NCBI GenBank assembly: GCA_040235505.1 | Contig: JBECKW010000059.1 | Location: forward strand, 45,019 to 109,018 | From: Desulfobacterales bacterium | Lineage (GTDB): Bacteria > Desulfobacterota > Desulfobacteria > Desulfobacterales > JAFDDL01 | Length of the DNA: 64,000 bases | Direction: 5' to 3' | In this document: piece after piece, positions 18,823 through 28,968 of the stretch | Numbering within the stretch: position 1 is the first letter of the stretch | Layout: each line of letters opens with the position of its first letter | Position numbers and translations under genes: made by a program | Notes under the pieces: model-generated | The model's database searches: none | Told to the model about the DNA's origin: nothing | Seen by the model: the letters and a program-made list of their open reading frames with translations, nothing else

Positions 18823-20714
18823 CGGTTTCCCTTCTTTGACTCCAACGCTTCCCATCGTTCGTAAGCCGATTCAATGTCGCGTTCGAGAGTTTCAAGGCTC
18901 GATTTAATACGAGTTATTTCAGATCGTTCCATTTTATAGAAGGACGGGTCAGTCATGATTCCGTAAAGAGACTTCTGCTCGGACTCAAGCGCTTCTATTT
19001 TCCGGGGAAGCGCCGCAAGCTCCCGTTCCTCCATATATCCAAGTCTCTGGGATTTGACCGGTTTTTCCGATGGAACTGTATTTTTCTTTTCTTTTTTATC
19101 ATTGGACGGCATCGTTTTTAAAGCCGGACGCTGGAGCAGCCAGTCGTCATATCCGCCTGCGTACTCGGTCAGTACCCCGCCGCCTTCAAAAACAATGGTA
19201 CTGGTGACAACGTTGTTGAGAAAAGCCCGGTCGTGACTGACCATCAGGAGCGTTCCACTGAAATCGAAAAGACGCTCTTCCAGAAGCTCGAGAGTTTCCG
19301 CATCGAGATCGTTGGTGGGCTCATCCAGGATGATCACATTTGCCGGACGGGTGAAAAGTTTTGCCAGAAGGAGCCTGTTCTTTTCCCCGCCGGAAAGTAC
19401 ATGGACCGGCGTCCGGCATCTTTCGGGAGAAAAAAGAAAATCTTTAAGATGACTGATAACGTGGCGTTTTTCGCCGTTGAACACAATAAAATCATTACCC
19501 TCTACGATGTTGTCCCGGACGTTTTTCTGCTCATCGAGCTGGTCTCTGAGCTGATCGAAATAAGCCACCTGAAGATGAGTGCCGTGCCGGACGGAACCCG
19601 AATCGGGGGGCAGTTTTTTCAAAAGGATATTCAGAAGGGTTGTTTTGCCGGCGCCATTGGGGCCGATGATGCCTACCTTGTCCCCCCTCAGGATCAATGT
19701 CGAAAAATTCTGAATAAAGGCAGCCCCTTCATATGACGCCGAGATATGTGACGCCTCAATCACCAGTTTGCCTGTGCGCTGCGCCTCCTGAATATCGAAA
19801 CGAACGTTTCCAGTTTTTTTTCGTCTGGCACGAGCCGTTTCCCTCATTTTTTCAAGCGCACGGACACGACCCTCATTTCGGGTCCTTCGAGCTTTGATGC
19901 CCTGCCGTATCCAGGATTCTTCGCGGGAGAGTTTTTTATCGAACTGAGCGTTTTGTGCAGCTTCGGCTTCAAGGGCGGCCGCCCTTCGCTGCAGGTAGGT
20001 ATCATAGTTGCAGCTGTACGAACTCAAAGACCCTCGATCCAGTTCCAGAACCCGGGTAGCGATTTTTTTCAAAAAAGCCCGGTCGTGTGTGACGAACAGA
20101 AGTGTTTTGACGAATCGGAGAATATAATCCTCCATCCACAGGATCGAATCGATATCGAGATGGTTGGTTGGCTCGTCAAGAAGCAGAACATCCGGGGCTG
20201 ATGCGACGGCCCTGGCAAAAAGGGTACGTCGTTTCATACCGGCGGAAAGTGTCGAGAAGCTCGCTTTTGGTTCCAGGCGCATTCTGGAAAGCGTTTCTTC
20301 CACCTGTCGCGTAAGATCCCACCCGCCTTTCGCATCAAGGTCCTGTTGAAGATGGTCCCGAAGCTTTTTTTCATCCGGGGACAAATTCCCCTTGTGGGTG
20401 GCAAGCCGATTGAATTGTACGAGGGACTGTCCCACGGCACCCAGTCCCACGGCTATCACGTCGAAAATCGATCCATCGTCTCCCTCAGGAACATCCTGGG
20501 GCAGACTCGCCACGGTCACCGCGTTTTGGTACAGCACTTCACCGCTGTCGGGGAAAAGCTTACCGTCTATCACTTTCAAGAGGGTGGATTTGCCTGTTCC
20601 GTTTCGCCCCAGGAGACAGATACGTTCGCCCCGTTCGATTTGAAAAGTGATATTTTCAAGCAGCGGGGGATCGCCGAATCCCACTGTCAGCGATCGTGTT
20701 TCGATCAGTGCCAT
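18819..20714 (-). CDS. uup: ABC-F family ATPase (Uup-like)
   Basis: Two ABC cassettes (GRNGTGKST, GPNGAGKTT; LSGGEKNR), a linker and a C-terminal coiled coil. The conserved N-terminus MALIETRSL places the start at 20714, not 20873. Confidence 0.9.
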   Translation of the reverse strand: MALIETRSLTVGFGDPPLLENITFQIERGERICLLGRNGTGKSTLLKVIDGKLFPDSGEVLYQNAVTVASLPQDVPEGDDGSIFDVIAVGLGAVGQSLVQFNRLATHKGNLSPDEKKLRDHLQQDLDAKGGWDLTRQVEETLSRMRLEPKASFSTLSAGMKRRTLFARAVASAPDVLLLDEPTNHLDIDSILWMEDYILRFVKTLLFVTHDRAFLKKIATRVLELDRGSLSSYSCNYDTYLQRRAAALEAEAAQNAQFDKKLSREESWIRQGIKARRTRNEGRVRALEKMRETARARRKKTGNVRFDIQEAQRTGKLVIEASHISASYEGAAFIQNFSTLILRGDKVGIIGPNGAGKTTLLNILLKKLPPDSGSVRHGTHLQVAYFDQLRDQLDEQKNVRDNIVEGNDFIVFNGEKRHVISHLKDFLFSPERCRTPVHVLSGGEKNRLLLAKLFTRPANVIILDEPTNDLDAETLELLEERLFDFSGTLLMVSHDRAFLNNVVTSTIVFEGGGVLTEYAGGYDDWLLQRPALKTMPSNDKKEKKNTVPSEKPVKSQRLGYMEERELAALPRKIEALESEQKSLYGIMTDPSFYKMERSEITRIKSSLETLERDIESAYERWEALESKKGNR

Positions 20715-20737
20715 GACATCTCCAAACGATCCAAAAT

Positions 20738-21892
20738 TCAATACAAGGTAAACTTGGCAATTATAGCATCCAGGCCGGCATTTCGAATCGGTTTTTCCCA
20801 ATCCGGCGTCAAAGCCATGTGTTTGAGCATTTTTCGATTGCCGAAAAAAATATACGCTTCGGACCCTGCACATCGCCGCTTCAGAAAATCACCGAACATT
20901 TTGTACAATTGGCACAAGTCGCTATCCTCTCGCTGGCGGATACCGGAAGGTGGATTGACCAGCAGTACTCCGCCGCGAATACCCGGATGGTCATTAAAAT
21001 CCTGTCGAAGAACCTGGATCGAATCTCCGCCGGGGAGCACGCGTCGATTGACATGAGACGCCATGACCGCCATGGGATCACAGTCGCTTCCGAAGATAAT
21101 TCCCTCGGGAGGGGAGAAAATGGCATCGTCCGCTTCCTTTTTTACGTTTTCCCATAAGCCGGCATCAAAATCGGGTAAAAATCGAAGACCGAAGTTTTTT
21201 TTGAGAAACCCTGCCGGAATGTGGCCTCCATGCATCAGCGCTTCGCACAGAAGGGTCCCTGATCCGCACATGGGGTCATGGAGAGGCCTGTCGCAGTTCC
21301 ACCCGGACAGGATCACCATTGCGGCCGCAATGTTCTCATGGAGCGGGTCCGCTATGGTCCGTTGGCGATACCCTCGCCGATGAAGGGAGCCGCCGGATAT
21401 ATCAAGACTGACGATCGCCCGTTCTTTTTCGATATGAAGGTTCAGCCAGATGTCCGGTTCGGATTTATCGACATTGGGACATACGCCGCCGATGCCTCGA
21501 AAGTGATCTGTTATTGCATTTTTCAGACAAAGAACGGCGAATTTGGAGTTTTTCAAATTTGGATTGTTTTCACCGGTACAAAAGATGCCAAATGTTCGGC
21601 CGGTTGATAGAAGAAGATCCCAAGAGATTTCTTTCCCGCCGCTGTAAAGATCATCCGGGTTGCAGCAGGGGAAGGAAGCGAGGGGTGCAAGGATGCGGTT
21701 TAAAAGACGGGCTGTATAATTTATTCGATAAAGGACCTCGGGGGTTGCAGAAAAACGCACACCTCTGAATTCCGCTTTTAAATGTCCCGCGCCGAGTTGT
21801 TCAATTTCCTGAATTGCAAGCGCTTCAATTCCTTCGGGAACCTGTGCAAAGTAACGATGGGTGTCCTCATAGATGAACGGCTTGTTTTTCAC
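20738..21892 (-). CDS. THUMP-domain class I SAM-dependent RNA methyltransferase (RlmL-N-like, UPF0020)
   Basis: SAM motif DPMCGSGTLL and catalytic LLVNPPSG (NPPY-like). N-terminal THUMP-like region. Confidence 0.8.
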   Translation of the reverse strand: MKNKPFIYEDTHRYFAQVPEGIEALAIQEIEQLGAGHLKAEFRGVRFSATPEVLYRINYTARLLNRILAPLASFPCCNPDDLYSGGKEISWDLLLSTGRTFGIFCTGENNPNLKNSKFAVLCLKNAITDHFRGIGGVCPNVDKSEPDIWLNLHIEKERAIVSLDISGGSLHRRGYRQRTIADPLHENIAAAMVILSGWNCDRPLHDPMCGSGTLLCEALMHGGHIPAGFLKKNFGLRFLPDFDAGLWENVKKEADDAIFSPPEGIIFGSDCDPMAVMASHVNRRVLPGGDSIQVLRQDFNDHPGIRGGVLLVNPPSGIRQREDSDLCQLYKMFGDFLKRRCAGSEAYIFFGNRKMLKHMALTPDWEKPIRNAGLDAIIAKFTLY

Positions 21893-22021
21893 TTAAAATT
21901 CCATAAGATAATTGGGACAAGGCGGCTCAGTACTCCGCACCCGGGTGTCGTGTTAATGTCTCGAAATTTCGGGATTCTACTGGTTTTGCTCATAATGTCA
22001 ATGAACAGATTGACGGATCGG

Positions 22022-22049
22022 TTTACATTTTTCATCTAGGTATGATAAT
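22022..22049 (+). promoter_or_regulatory. sigma-70-like promoter TTTACA-N16-GATAAT upstream of the SLT gene
   Basis: Hexamers read directly. Confidence 0.35.
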
Positions 22050-22172
22050 TGCTGATTGATTTTTTACTCAATATTTTTCAATGCGTAGCCGATTTTTATA
22101 AGAGGGCGGGAAACGAAGTGTCACTTGCGGAAAAAACCACGGAGCTTGGAGATAGGACGGGCGTTGAAAAGA

Positions 22173-22766
22173 ATGGAGCGTGAAAAAAAATATCGATGGC
22201 CAATGCTGTTTTCGTTTATTTTATTGGGTATGATCTTATCGGGTTCTTTAGCGTCTGCCGAGATTTATGTTTACCGGGACGGAGGGGGCGTTCTCCATTT
22301 CAGCAATGTCCCGACCTCAACGAATTACAGAAGCTACATGAACGAGTCTGACATTGATTCGCTGTTTTCTCTCACCACCAGCTCCTACGATGATGTGATC
22401 GCCGATGCCGCCCGCGCAAACGACCTCTCATTCTATCTGATCAAGGCAATGGTTCACGTGGAATCGTGTTTCAATCCCTATGCAATTTCAAAAAAAGGGG
22501 CGTTGGGGCTGATGCAGATCATGCCTGAGAATCTTAAACTGCTGAACATTGATGATCCGTTTGATCCTCGGGAAAATATTATGGGAGGCGCTATCTATTT
22601 AAGAAAAATGATGAGCCGTTTTCACGGAAAATTGGAACTTGCACTTGCGGCTTACAATGCCGGTCCTTCGGCCGTGGAAAAGTATAGCGCAATACCGCCT
22701 TTCCAGGAGACGCGTGAATATGTCCAGAAAGTCATGAAACTATACCAGCGATACCGGAATGCATGA
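22173..22766 (+). CDS. lytic transglycosylase (DUF4124-like N-terminus plus SLT domain)
   Basis: IYVYRDGGGVLHFSNVP (DUF4124-like). SLT motifs VESCFNPYAISKKGALGLMQIMP and AYNAGP. Start ambiguous: TTG 22125, ATG 22173 or ATG 22203. Confidence 0.8.
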   Translation: MEREKKYRWPMLFSFILLGMILSGSLASAEIYVYRDGGGVLHFSNVPTSTNYRSYMNESDIDSLFSLTTSSYDDVIADAARANDLSFYLIKAMVHVESCFNPYAISKKGALGLMQIMPENLKLLNIDDPFDPRENIMGGAIYLRKMMSRFHGKLELALAAYNAGPSAVEKYSAIPPFQETREYVQKVMKLYQRYRNA

Positions 22767-23082
22767 TGCAAACCATCGATAAAAGGTGAACGGTCAAGTT
22801 GGATGATAAAGAAAAAAGCGAAACAAAATTGAATAACCTGTATGAAACATAATTGAATCATTAAAGAAGTATAATATATATAGTGAGTTGTGCAATATTG
22901 AGCCGAATATTTAAGCCATACCGATACAGAAATGTAGCGAGAAATCGTTTCAATCCGATAAAAAAACCTGAAAATCGCGACGCAATACGCCTCCCAAATT
23001 CAAAAAACCACATCTAAAAAACAAATAACCTGCTGAATAAATTATAGTAAAAAGTCTAACAAAGAATCTGCATCCAAATGGA

Positions 23083-23098
23083 TGGCATGCTTGTTGCT
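23083..23098 (+). promoter_or_regulatory. sigma-54 (-24/-12) promoter TGGCAT-GCTTG-TTGCT upstream of the CoA-transferase operon
   Basis: The GG and GC elements have canonical spacing (GG at positions 2-3 and GC at 14-15 of the motif). Lies 66 nt upstream of ATG 23164. Confidence 0.5.
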
Positions 23099-23163
23099 GG
23101 AATCAAAAACCGAACACGTGTTCAATTTTCAAGAATTCCCATCGATGGAGGATACACTTCGTT

Positions 23164-23835
23164 ATGTGCAAATTACAAGAGATGAACAAAGCCCTGGAAC
23201 CTCTCAAGAACGGCACCACGGTGATGATTGGCGGATTCATGGGGGTCGGCGCACCCCATACCATCATTGATGCCCTCGTTGAAAAACAGTTGAAATCACT
23301 GACGGTGATCGCCAATGATGCCGGCACCCCTGGAAACGGCATCGGGAAACTGGTTGAAAATCGGCAGATTGACAATTTGGTCGCATCCCATATCGGGCTG
23401 AATCCCACTGCGGGAAAACAGATGAACAATAAAGAAATGGCGGTCGATCTCGTGCCCCAGGGAACCCTGGCGGAACGTATTCGCGCTGGCGGTGTCGGTC
23501 TTGGAGGCGTCTTGACCCCCACCGGCCTGGGGACGATTGTGGAGGAAGGAAAGCAGGTGATTGAATCGGATGGAAAGAAATATCTGCTTGAAAAATCGAT
23601 GAAGGCGGAAGTCGCGCTGGTGAAAGCTCATAAAGCCGACCAGAAAGGAAACCTCATTTTCAGGCAGACGGCGCGCAACTTCAACCCGCTCATTGCAACC
23701 GCCGCCGATTACGTTGTGGCTGAAGTTGAAGAATATGTCGATGACCAGTATCTGGCACCGGATGAAATTCATCTGCCGGGACTCTTTATTGACGCTATTG
23801 TTCTTTCGAAAAAAAATGATGCTGAAACATGCTAA
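23164..23835 (+). CDS. 3-oxoacid / acetate CoA-transferase subunit A
   Basis: GTTVMIGGFMGVGAPHTIIDAL and QGTLAERIRAGG are family I CoA-transferase alpha motifs. Confidence 0.9.
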   Translation: MCKLQEMNKALEPLKNGTTVMIGGFMGVGAPHTIIDALVEKQLKSLTVIANDAGTPGNGIGKLVENRQIDNLVASHIGLNPTAGKQMNNKEMAVDLVPQGTLAERIRAGGVGLGGVLTPTGLGTIVEEGKQVIESDGKKYLLEKSMKAEVALVKAHKADQKGNLIFRQTARNFNPLIATAADYVVAEVEEYVDDQYLAPDEIHLPGLFIDAIVLSKKNDAETC

Positions 23836-23848
23836 GGAGGTGCTGAAT

Positions 23849-24520
23849 ATGGATGGCAGGGAATTTATCGTCAGAAGAATCGCCCAGGAATTCAAGACCG
23901 GAGATGTAGTAAATCTTGGGATCGGAATGCCGACCAAGGTCGCCAACTACATTCCGGAAGGTGTAGAAATAATTCTTCAAAGTGAAAATGGAATGGTTGG
24001 TATGGGACCTGCGCCGGAACCCGGAAAAGAAGATGGGGATCTCATCAATGCCGGTAACCAGCCGGTAACCTATTTGCCGGGAGCTGCGTTTTTCGACAGC
24101 GCCTTCTCTTTTGGAATTATCCGGGGAGGGCATGTGGATTGTACCGTTCTGGGAGCTCTTGAGGTGGATCAGGAAGGCAACCTGGCAAACTGGATCATCC
24201 CCGGAAAAATGGTCCCTGGAATGGGGGGCGCCATGGACCTGGTGGTAGGTGCGCGGAAGGTCATTATCGCCATGGAACATGTGAATAAAAAGGGTGAAGC
24301 CAAGATCCTCAAGAGATGCCGCCTACCGCTCACAGCCCAGAATCAGGTCAATATGATCGTGACGGAAATGGGAGTCATGGAAGTCACCCCCGAAGGGTTG
24401 ATGCTGACGGAGATCGCGCCGGGCCTTTCCATAGAAGATGTACAGAAGGCCACGGAAGCGGAGTTTATCGTGAGTCCCGAATTGAAGGTGGTGTTTGGAG
24501 ATCAGGAATTGGCGGCATAA
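23849..24520 (+). CDS. 3-oxoacid / acetate CoA-transferase subunit B
   Basis: AAGGAGG SD at 23834-23840 before ATG 23849. Motifs VNLGIGMP, SENG and GGAMDLV. The ORF-track start 23693 lies inside subunit A. Confidence 0.9.
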   Translation: MDGREFIVRRIAQEFKTGDVVNLGIGMPTKVANYIPEGVEIILQSENGMVGMGPAPEPGKEDGDLINAGNQPVTYLPGAAFFDSAFSFGIIRGGHVDCTVLGALEVDQEGNLANWIIPGKMVPGMGGAMDLVVGARKVIIAMEHVNKKGEAKILKRCRLPLTAQNQVNMIVTEMGVMEVTPEGLMLTEIAPGLSIEDVQKATEAEFIVSPELKVVFGDQELAA

Positions 24521-24583
24521 GGAATGCGCGGATTTGAAGCTTGAATAACAGTTGACAAGGAAAGTCAGCTGTAGCAGATAGCA

Positions 24584-24612
24584 GGGGGCGAGAAATCTCG
24601 CCCCCTTTTTTT
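24584..24612 (+). terminator. rho-independent terminator after the CoA-transferase genes
   Basis: GGGGGCGAG-AAAT-CTCGCCCCC followed by T7. Confidence 0.8.
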
Positions 24613-24668
24613 ATTTCAAATCGGAATCCACCAGTATTATATAGAATTTTTAACACGTGAGGTGATTC

Positions 24669-25064
24669 ATGAGACTTCAGGAAATGATCAAAAAAGATCT
24701 TACAGAGGCCATGAAGGCCAAGGACGAAGGGCGAAAAAATGCCATCCGGGTAATTCTTGGAGAATTTGGCAGGGCAGGGACAAAAGAACTTCCGGACGAA
24801 GAGGTGATCGGGATCCTGAAAAAACTAATTAAATCTGAAAGGGAACTCCTGGCCCAAAAAGGTAAAAGTGAGTCGGAATTCATCGATGTCGTTGAGGGAT
24901 ACTTACCTCAAATGGCCACAAGGGAAGAGATCATTGCCTGGATAAACAAAAATGTGGACTTTTCCCTCTTTAAGAATAGGATGCAGGCAATGGGCCCCAT
25001 CATGAAGCATTTCGGGGCCACGGCGGATGGAAATGAAATTAAAAAAATTTTGCAGGAGATGTGA
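24669..25064 (+). CDS. GatB/YqeY domain protein
   Basis: 131 aa. N-terminal pattern L.E.IKKDLTEAMKAKD..R.NAIR is typical of YqeY. Confidence 0.8.
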   Translation: MRLQEMIKKDLTEAMKAKDEGRKNAIRVILGEFGRAGTKELPDEEVIGILKKLIKSERELLAQKGKSESEFIDVVEGYLPQMATREEIIAWINKNVDFSLFKNRMQAMGPIMKHFGATADGNEIKKILQEM

Positions 25065-25109
25065 TATCCGAGCTTTTTATTGTGATCATGTTTAAGAGAG
25101 GAGAAGCTT

Positions 25110-26090
25110 TTGGGAAAAGCGAACATTCTTGTGGCAGGTGGCGCCGGATATATCGGCTCGCACATGGTAAAAGAGCTTCTTGATTCCGGTTTCGATGTGA
25201 TCACCCTCGATAACCTGTCCACCGGGCACAGGGATATGGTGTCCGGGGGAACCTTTGTCAAGGGCAGTCTCTCGGATCAAAAACTTCTGGAGGACCTTTT
25301 TTCAAAAAAGCCGATCGATGCCGTTATGCATTTTGCCGCTTATTCCCTGGTGGGAGACTCCGTGATAGCGCCCATTGATTATTACGAGAACAATTTCAGC
25401 GGTACACTCTCTCTGGTGGCCGCCATGATGCGTCACGGGGTCAAACGATTTATTTTTTCATCCACGGCCGCCGTTTACGGGGAACCGGAGTACACCCCCA
25501 TTTCTGAATCGCATCCATGCCGTCCAACAAATCCATACGGCGCATCGAAGCTTGCCGTAGAAAGAATGCTCTCGGATTGCGATGCCGCCTATGGCTTGAA
25601 ATACATGAGTCTTCGGTACTTTAACGCCGCCGGTGCCGATGCCTCCGCGAAAATCGGAGAACGGCATGTGAGGGAAACCCATCTGATTCCCCTGGTCCTT
25701 CAGGTTGCCCTTGGTAAACGCCCTCATATCGATATTTTAGGAACTGATTATCCAACCCCCGATGGCACATGCCTCCGGGATTACGTCCATGTAACAGATC
25801 TGGCATCGGCGCATCTTTTGGCACTCTCGGCGCTTCTCGAAGGAAAAGACAGCGCCCTCTACAACCTTGGCAATAGTACGGGGCATTCCGTCCGCCATGT
25901 CATTGAAGTGTGCCGAAACGTTTCAGGTAAAAAGATCACAACGAAAGAAACCGCCCGCCGTGCCGGGGATCCCGCCGTACTTGTCGCCGACTCACAGAAA
26001 ATCAGACGCGACCTCGGATGGAGACCCCGATACGAAGATCTGGAAAACATTGTTGAATCCGCATGGCGGTGGCACCAACATCAACCTTGA
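25110..26090 (+). CDS. galE: UDP-glucose 4-epimerase
   Basis: TTG start. GGAGYIGSH Rossmann motif, YGASK catalytic motif, RYFNAAGA, GDPAVLVADS. Confidence 0.9.
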   Translation: MGKANILVAGGAGYIGSHMVKELLDSGFDVITLDNLSTGHRDMVSGGTFVKGSLSDQKLLEDLFSKKPIDAVMHFAAYSLVGDSVIAPIDYYENNFSGTLSLVAAMMRHGVKRFIFSSTAAVYGEPEYTPISESHPCRPTNPYGASKLAVERMLSDCDAAYGLKYMSLRYFNAAGADASAKIGERHVRETHLIPLVLQVALGKRPHIDILGTDYPTPDGTCLRDYVHVTDLASAHLLALSALLEGKDSALYNLGNSTGHSVRHVIEVCRNVSGKKITTKETARRAGDPAVLVADSQKIRRDLGWRPRYEDLENIVESAWRWHQHQP

Positions 26091-26160
26091 CACGTGCAGT
26101 ACTTGTGGCATAGATTGACGCCTCATTTGAGATACGAAGTCGCGGATTGCGGAGGAATCA

Positions 26161-28968
26161 ATGGATTATAAAACGACACTCAATTTACCGGACACCCGGT
26201 TCCCCATGAAGGCCAACCTGGCGGCCAAAGAACCTGAACAACTCAAGGCGTGGGAGGACATGCGCCTGTACGAAACCTTGAGAAAGACATCGGGTACGAA
26301 GAAAAAATATATTCTTCACGACGGCCCTCCCTATGCAAACGGGCACATTCATATGGGAACGGCCATGAATAAAATTCTCAAGGACATCGTCGTCCGGTCC
26401 CGCCAAATGTCCGGATTCGACGCACCTTATGTGCCGGGATGGGACTGTCATGGCCTGCCGATCGAGCATAACGTGGACAAGGAACTGGGCCCGAAAAAAA
26501 AGGAGATGTCCCAGACGGATTTCAGGCGGAAATGCCGTGCCTATGCAGAAAAATTCGTCGGCATCCAGCGGGAGGAATTCAAACGGCTGGGCGTTATGGG
26601 GGAATGGGAGAATCCCTATCTGACCATGGCATATGAATATGAAGCGGTGATTGCCCGGGAATGCTGTAAATTTGCCTTGAACGGCGGACTTTACAAGAGC
26701 AAGAAACCGATTCACTGGTGCCCGCGGTGTAAAACCGCTTTGGCGGAAGCTGAAATTGAATATGCGGATGAAAGCTCACCCTCCATTTTTGTCAAGTTCG
26801 CCTTGAAAGAAGACATTGGAGATGTGAATCCGGTACTGAAAGGCAAACCGGTGTCACTGGTGATCTGGACCACCACCCCTTGGACCATTCCTGCAAATCT
26901 TGGGGTCTGTCTGCATCCGGAATATGTTTATGCAGCGGTTGAGGTAGATAGTGTCAACATATTGATATTGGCAAAAGATCTTGTCGAAAAATGCATGGAG
27001 ATATTCGGCGTGTCGGAATACCGAATCCTTGCGGACTTGAACGCGTCGGATTTGGAGCGCAAAACCTGTCGTCATCCTCTCTATGACCGCGATTCCCTGG
27101 TGGTATTGGGGGAACATGTCACCCTGGACGCAGGGACCGGATGTGTCCATACGGCGCCCGGACACGGCCGGGAGGACTACGAGGTGGGACTCAAATATGG
27201 ACTCGAGGTCTATTCGCCGGTCGATGAAAATGGAAGATTCATCCAGTCCGTGGAAGGGGTTGCCGGTGATTTTATCTTCGACGCAAACCGGACGATCAAC
27301 GAGATGCTTCATGAAAAAGGTGCGCTTCTGTCCGAAAGCGTTATGTCCCATTCTTATCCCCATTGCTGGCGGTGCAAGAAGCCGGTTATTTTCAGGGCCA
27401 CGCCCCAGTGGTTCATCTCCATGGAAAAAACGGGACTACGGGAAAAAGCCCTGAAGGAAATCGACCGGGTTCGGTGGGTTCCCCATTGGGGACGGGACCG
27501 GATTTTCGGGATGGTGGAAAACAGGCCCGACTGGTGCATCTCCCGTCAGCGGGCATGGGGGGTCCCCATCACCGTCTTCTATTGCCGCGAATGTGAAAAG
27601 ATACATATGAGCCAGGAAATCGCGGGCGATATCTTTGAGTTGTTCAAATCCAACGGCGCGGACATCTGGTTTGAGAAAACCGTGAAAGACCTGTTGCCGG
27701 AAGGTGCAAAATGCAAATTCTGCGGCAGCACCGATCTGGTAAAGGAGGATGATATTCTGGATGTCTGGTTCGATTCCGGTGTTACCCATGCCGGCGTACT
27801 GGAATCAAGGCAATACCTTGACTGGCCGGCCGATCTCTACCTGGAAGGCAGCGATCAGCACCGGGGATGGTTTCACAGCTCCCTTTTGGAATCGGTGGGA
27901 ACCCGGGGACGGGCGCCTTACAATGCGGTGTTGACCCATGGATACGTCGTCGACGCCCAGGGCAAGAAGATGTCCAAATCCCTGGGGAATGTCATCGCGC
28001 CTGAAAAGGTGATCAAACAATATGGAGCTGAAATTCTCCGGTTGTGGGTGTCCGCTTCCGACTATCAGGATGATGTTCGTATTTCCGAAAATACGCTGAA
28101 ACAGATGAGCGATGCCTACCGGCGGATTCGAAATACCTGCAGGTTCATGCTCGGAAACCTCAGTGATTTTGATCCGTCAAAGGATATGGTTCCCTATGAA
28201 TCTCTGCTTGAAATCGATCGATTTGCGCTTCATGGTCTTCAGGAATTGATCAGAAAATGCATAACCGCATACGATGAATATGAATTTCATGTCATCTATC
28301 ATTCACTGTTTAATTTCTGTACGCTGGATCTTTCGGCTTTTTATCTGGATGTGCTCAAAGACAGGCTCTACACCTCTTCCAGGACATCCCCGGCCAGAAG
28401 AAGCGCTCAGACGGTCATGTACCGGATTCTGGATTCACTGGTCAGGATCATGGCGCCGGTGATGATCTTTACCGCCGAAGAAATTTGGAAGCACATGCCG
28501 AAAGTCGCCGATGGAACCGAAAGCGTCCACCTGACCCAGATGCCGGTGTTTGATAAAAACCTGTGCGACGAAACCCTTGCCACGACCTGGGAAAAAATTC
28601 TTTCCGTACGTCGGGAGGTTACCAAGGCGCTGGAAGTGGCCAGGGCCGAAAAAAAGATCGGACATCCGCTGGATGCGGAGCTGACCTTGTGGTGCAGCGA
28701 TGCACTGGCCGATTTTCTTTCCCCATACGGCGAAGAACTCCGAAGCATTTTTATCACCTCCATGGCCCGGATCGCCGAGGAATCGCAAAAAGTCGCAGAT
28801 GCCATGGAAACAGAAATGCCGGGACTGGCCATATCCGTGGCGCGTTCATCGGCGGAAAAATGCCAACGGTGCTGGGTGTATGATCCAACGGTCGGAAAAG
28901 ATCCAGCGCAACCGGAGATCTGTGAGCGTTGCAGAACCGCCTTGTCGGAAAGTGACGCAGAATCATGA
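26161..28968 (+). CDS. ileS: isoleucine--tRNA ligase
   Basis: 935 aa. HMGTA (HIGH) and KMSKS motifs. C-terminal Zn-finger Cys pairs. Confidence 0.97.
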   Translation: MDYKTTLNLPDTRFPMKANLAAKEPEQLKAWEDMRLYETLRKTSGTKKKYILHDGPPYANGHIHMGTAMNKILKDIVVRSRQMSGFDAPYVPGWDCHGLPIEHNVDKELGPKKKEMSQTDFRRKCRAYAEKFVGIQREEFKRLGVMGEWENPYLTMAYEYEAVIARECCKFALNGGLYKSKKPIHWCPRCKTALAEAEIEYADESSPSIFVKFALKEDIGDVNPVLKGKPVSLVIWTTTPWTIPANLGVCLHPEYVYAAVEVDSVNILILAKDLVEKCMEIFGVSEYRILADLNASDLERKTCRHPLYDRDSLVVLGEHVTLDAGTGCVHTAPGHGREDYEVGLKYGLEVYSPVDENGRFIQSVEGVAGDFIFDANRTINEMLHEKGALLSESVMSHSYPHCWRCKKPVIFRATPQWFISMEKTGLREKALKEIDRVRWVPHWGRDRIFGMVENRPDWCISRQRAWGVPITVFYCRECEKIHMSQEIAGDIFELFKSNGADIWFEKTVKDLLPEGAKCKFCGSTDLVKEDDILDVWFDSGVTHAGVLESRQYLDWPADLYLEGSDQHRGWFHSSLLESVGTRGRAPYNAVLTHGYVVDAQGKKMSKSLGNVIAPEKVIKQYGAEILRLWVSASDYQDDVRISENTLKQMSDAYRRIRNTCRFMLGNLSDFDPSKDMVPYESLLEIDRFALHGLQELIRKCITAYDEYEFHVIYHSLFNFCTLDLSAFYLDVLKDRLYTSSRTSPARRSAQTVMYRILDSLVRIMAPVMIFTAEEIWKHMPKVADGTESVHLTQMPVFDKNLCDETLATTWEKILSVRREVTKALEVARAEKKIGHPLDAELTLWCSDALADFLSPYGEELRSIFITSMARIAEESQKVADAMETEMPGLAISVARSSAEKCQRCWVYDPTVGKDPAQPEICERCRTALSESDAES

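Noticed and set aside
20715-20873. N-terminal 53-aa extension of uup in the ORF track; the similar extensions at 23693-23848, 29410-29511, 30260-30289, 31844-31876, 35862-35918, 37013-37054, 53009-53032, 58127-58198 and 58894-59013 were treated the same way
   Set aside because: In each case the conserved family N-terminus begins at an internal ATG, usually preceded by a clear Shine-Dalgarno. The extension overlaps the upstream gene or intergenic signals.
18436-21892. HNH nuclease plus ABC ATPase plus methyltransferase as a possible restriction-modification or defence cluster
   Set aside because: Each gene matches a conserved housekeeping family: YajD-type HNH, ABC-F Uup with two cassettes and no TM domains, and a THUMP-domain rRNA methyltransferase with an NPPSG motif. 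There is no specificity subunit, helicase or other defence hallmark.
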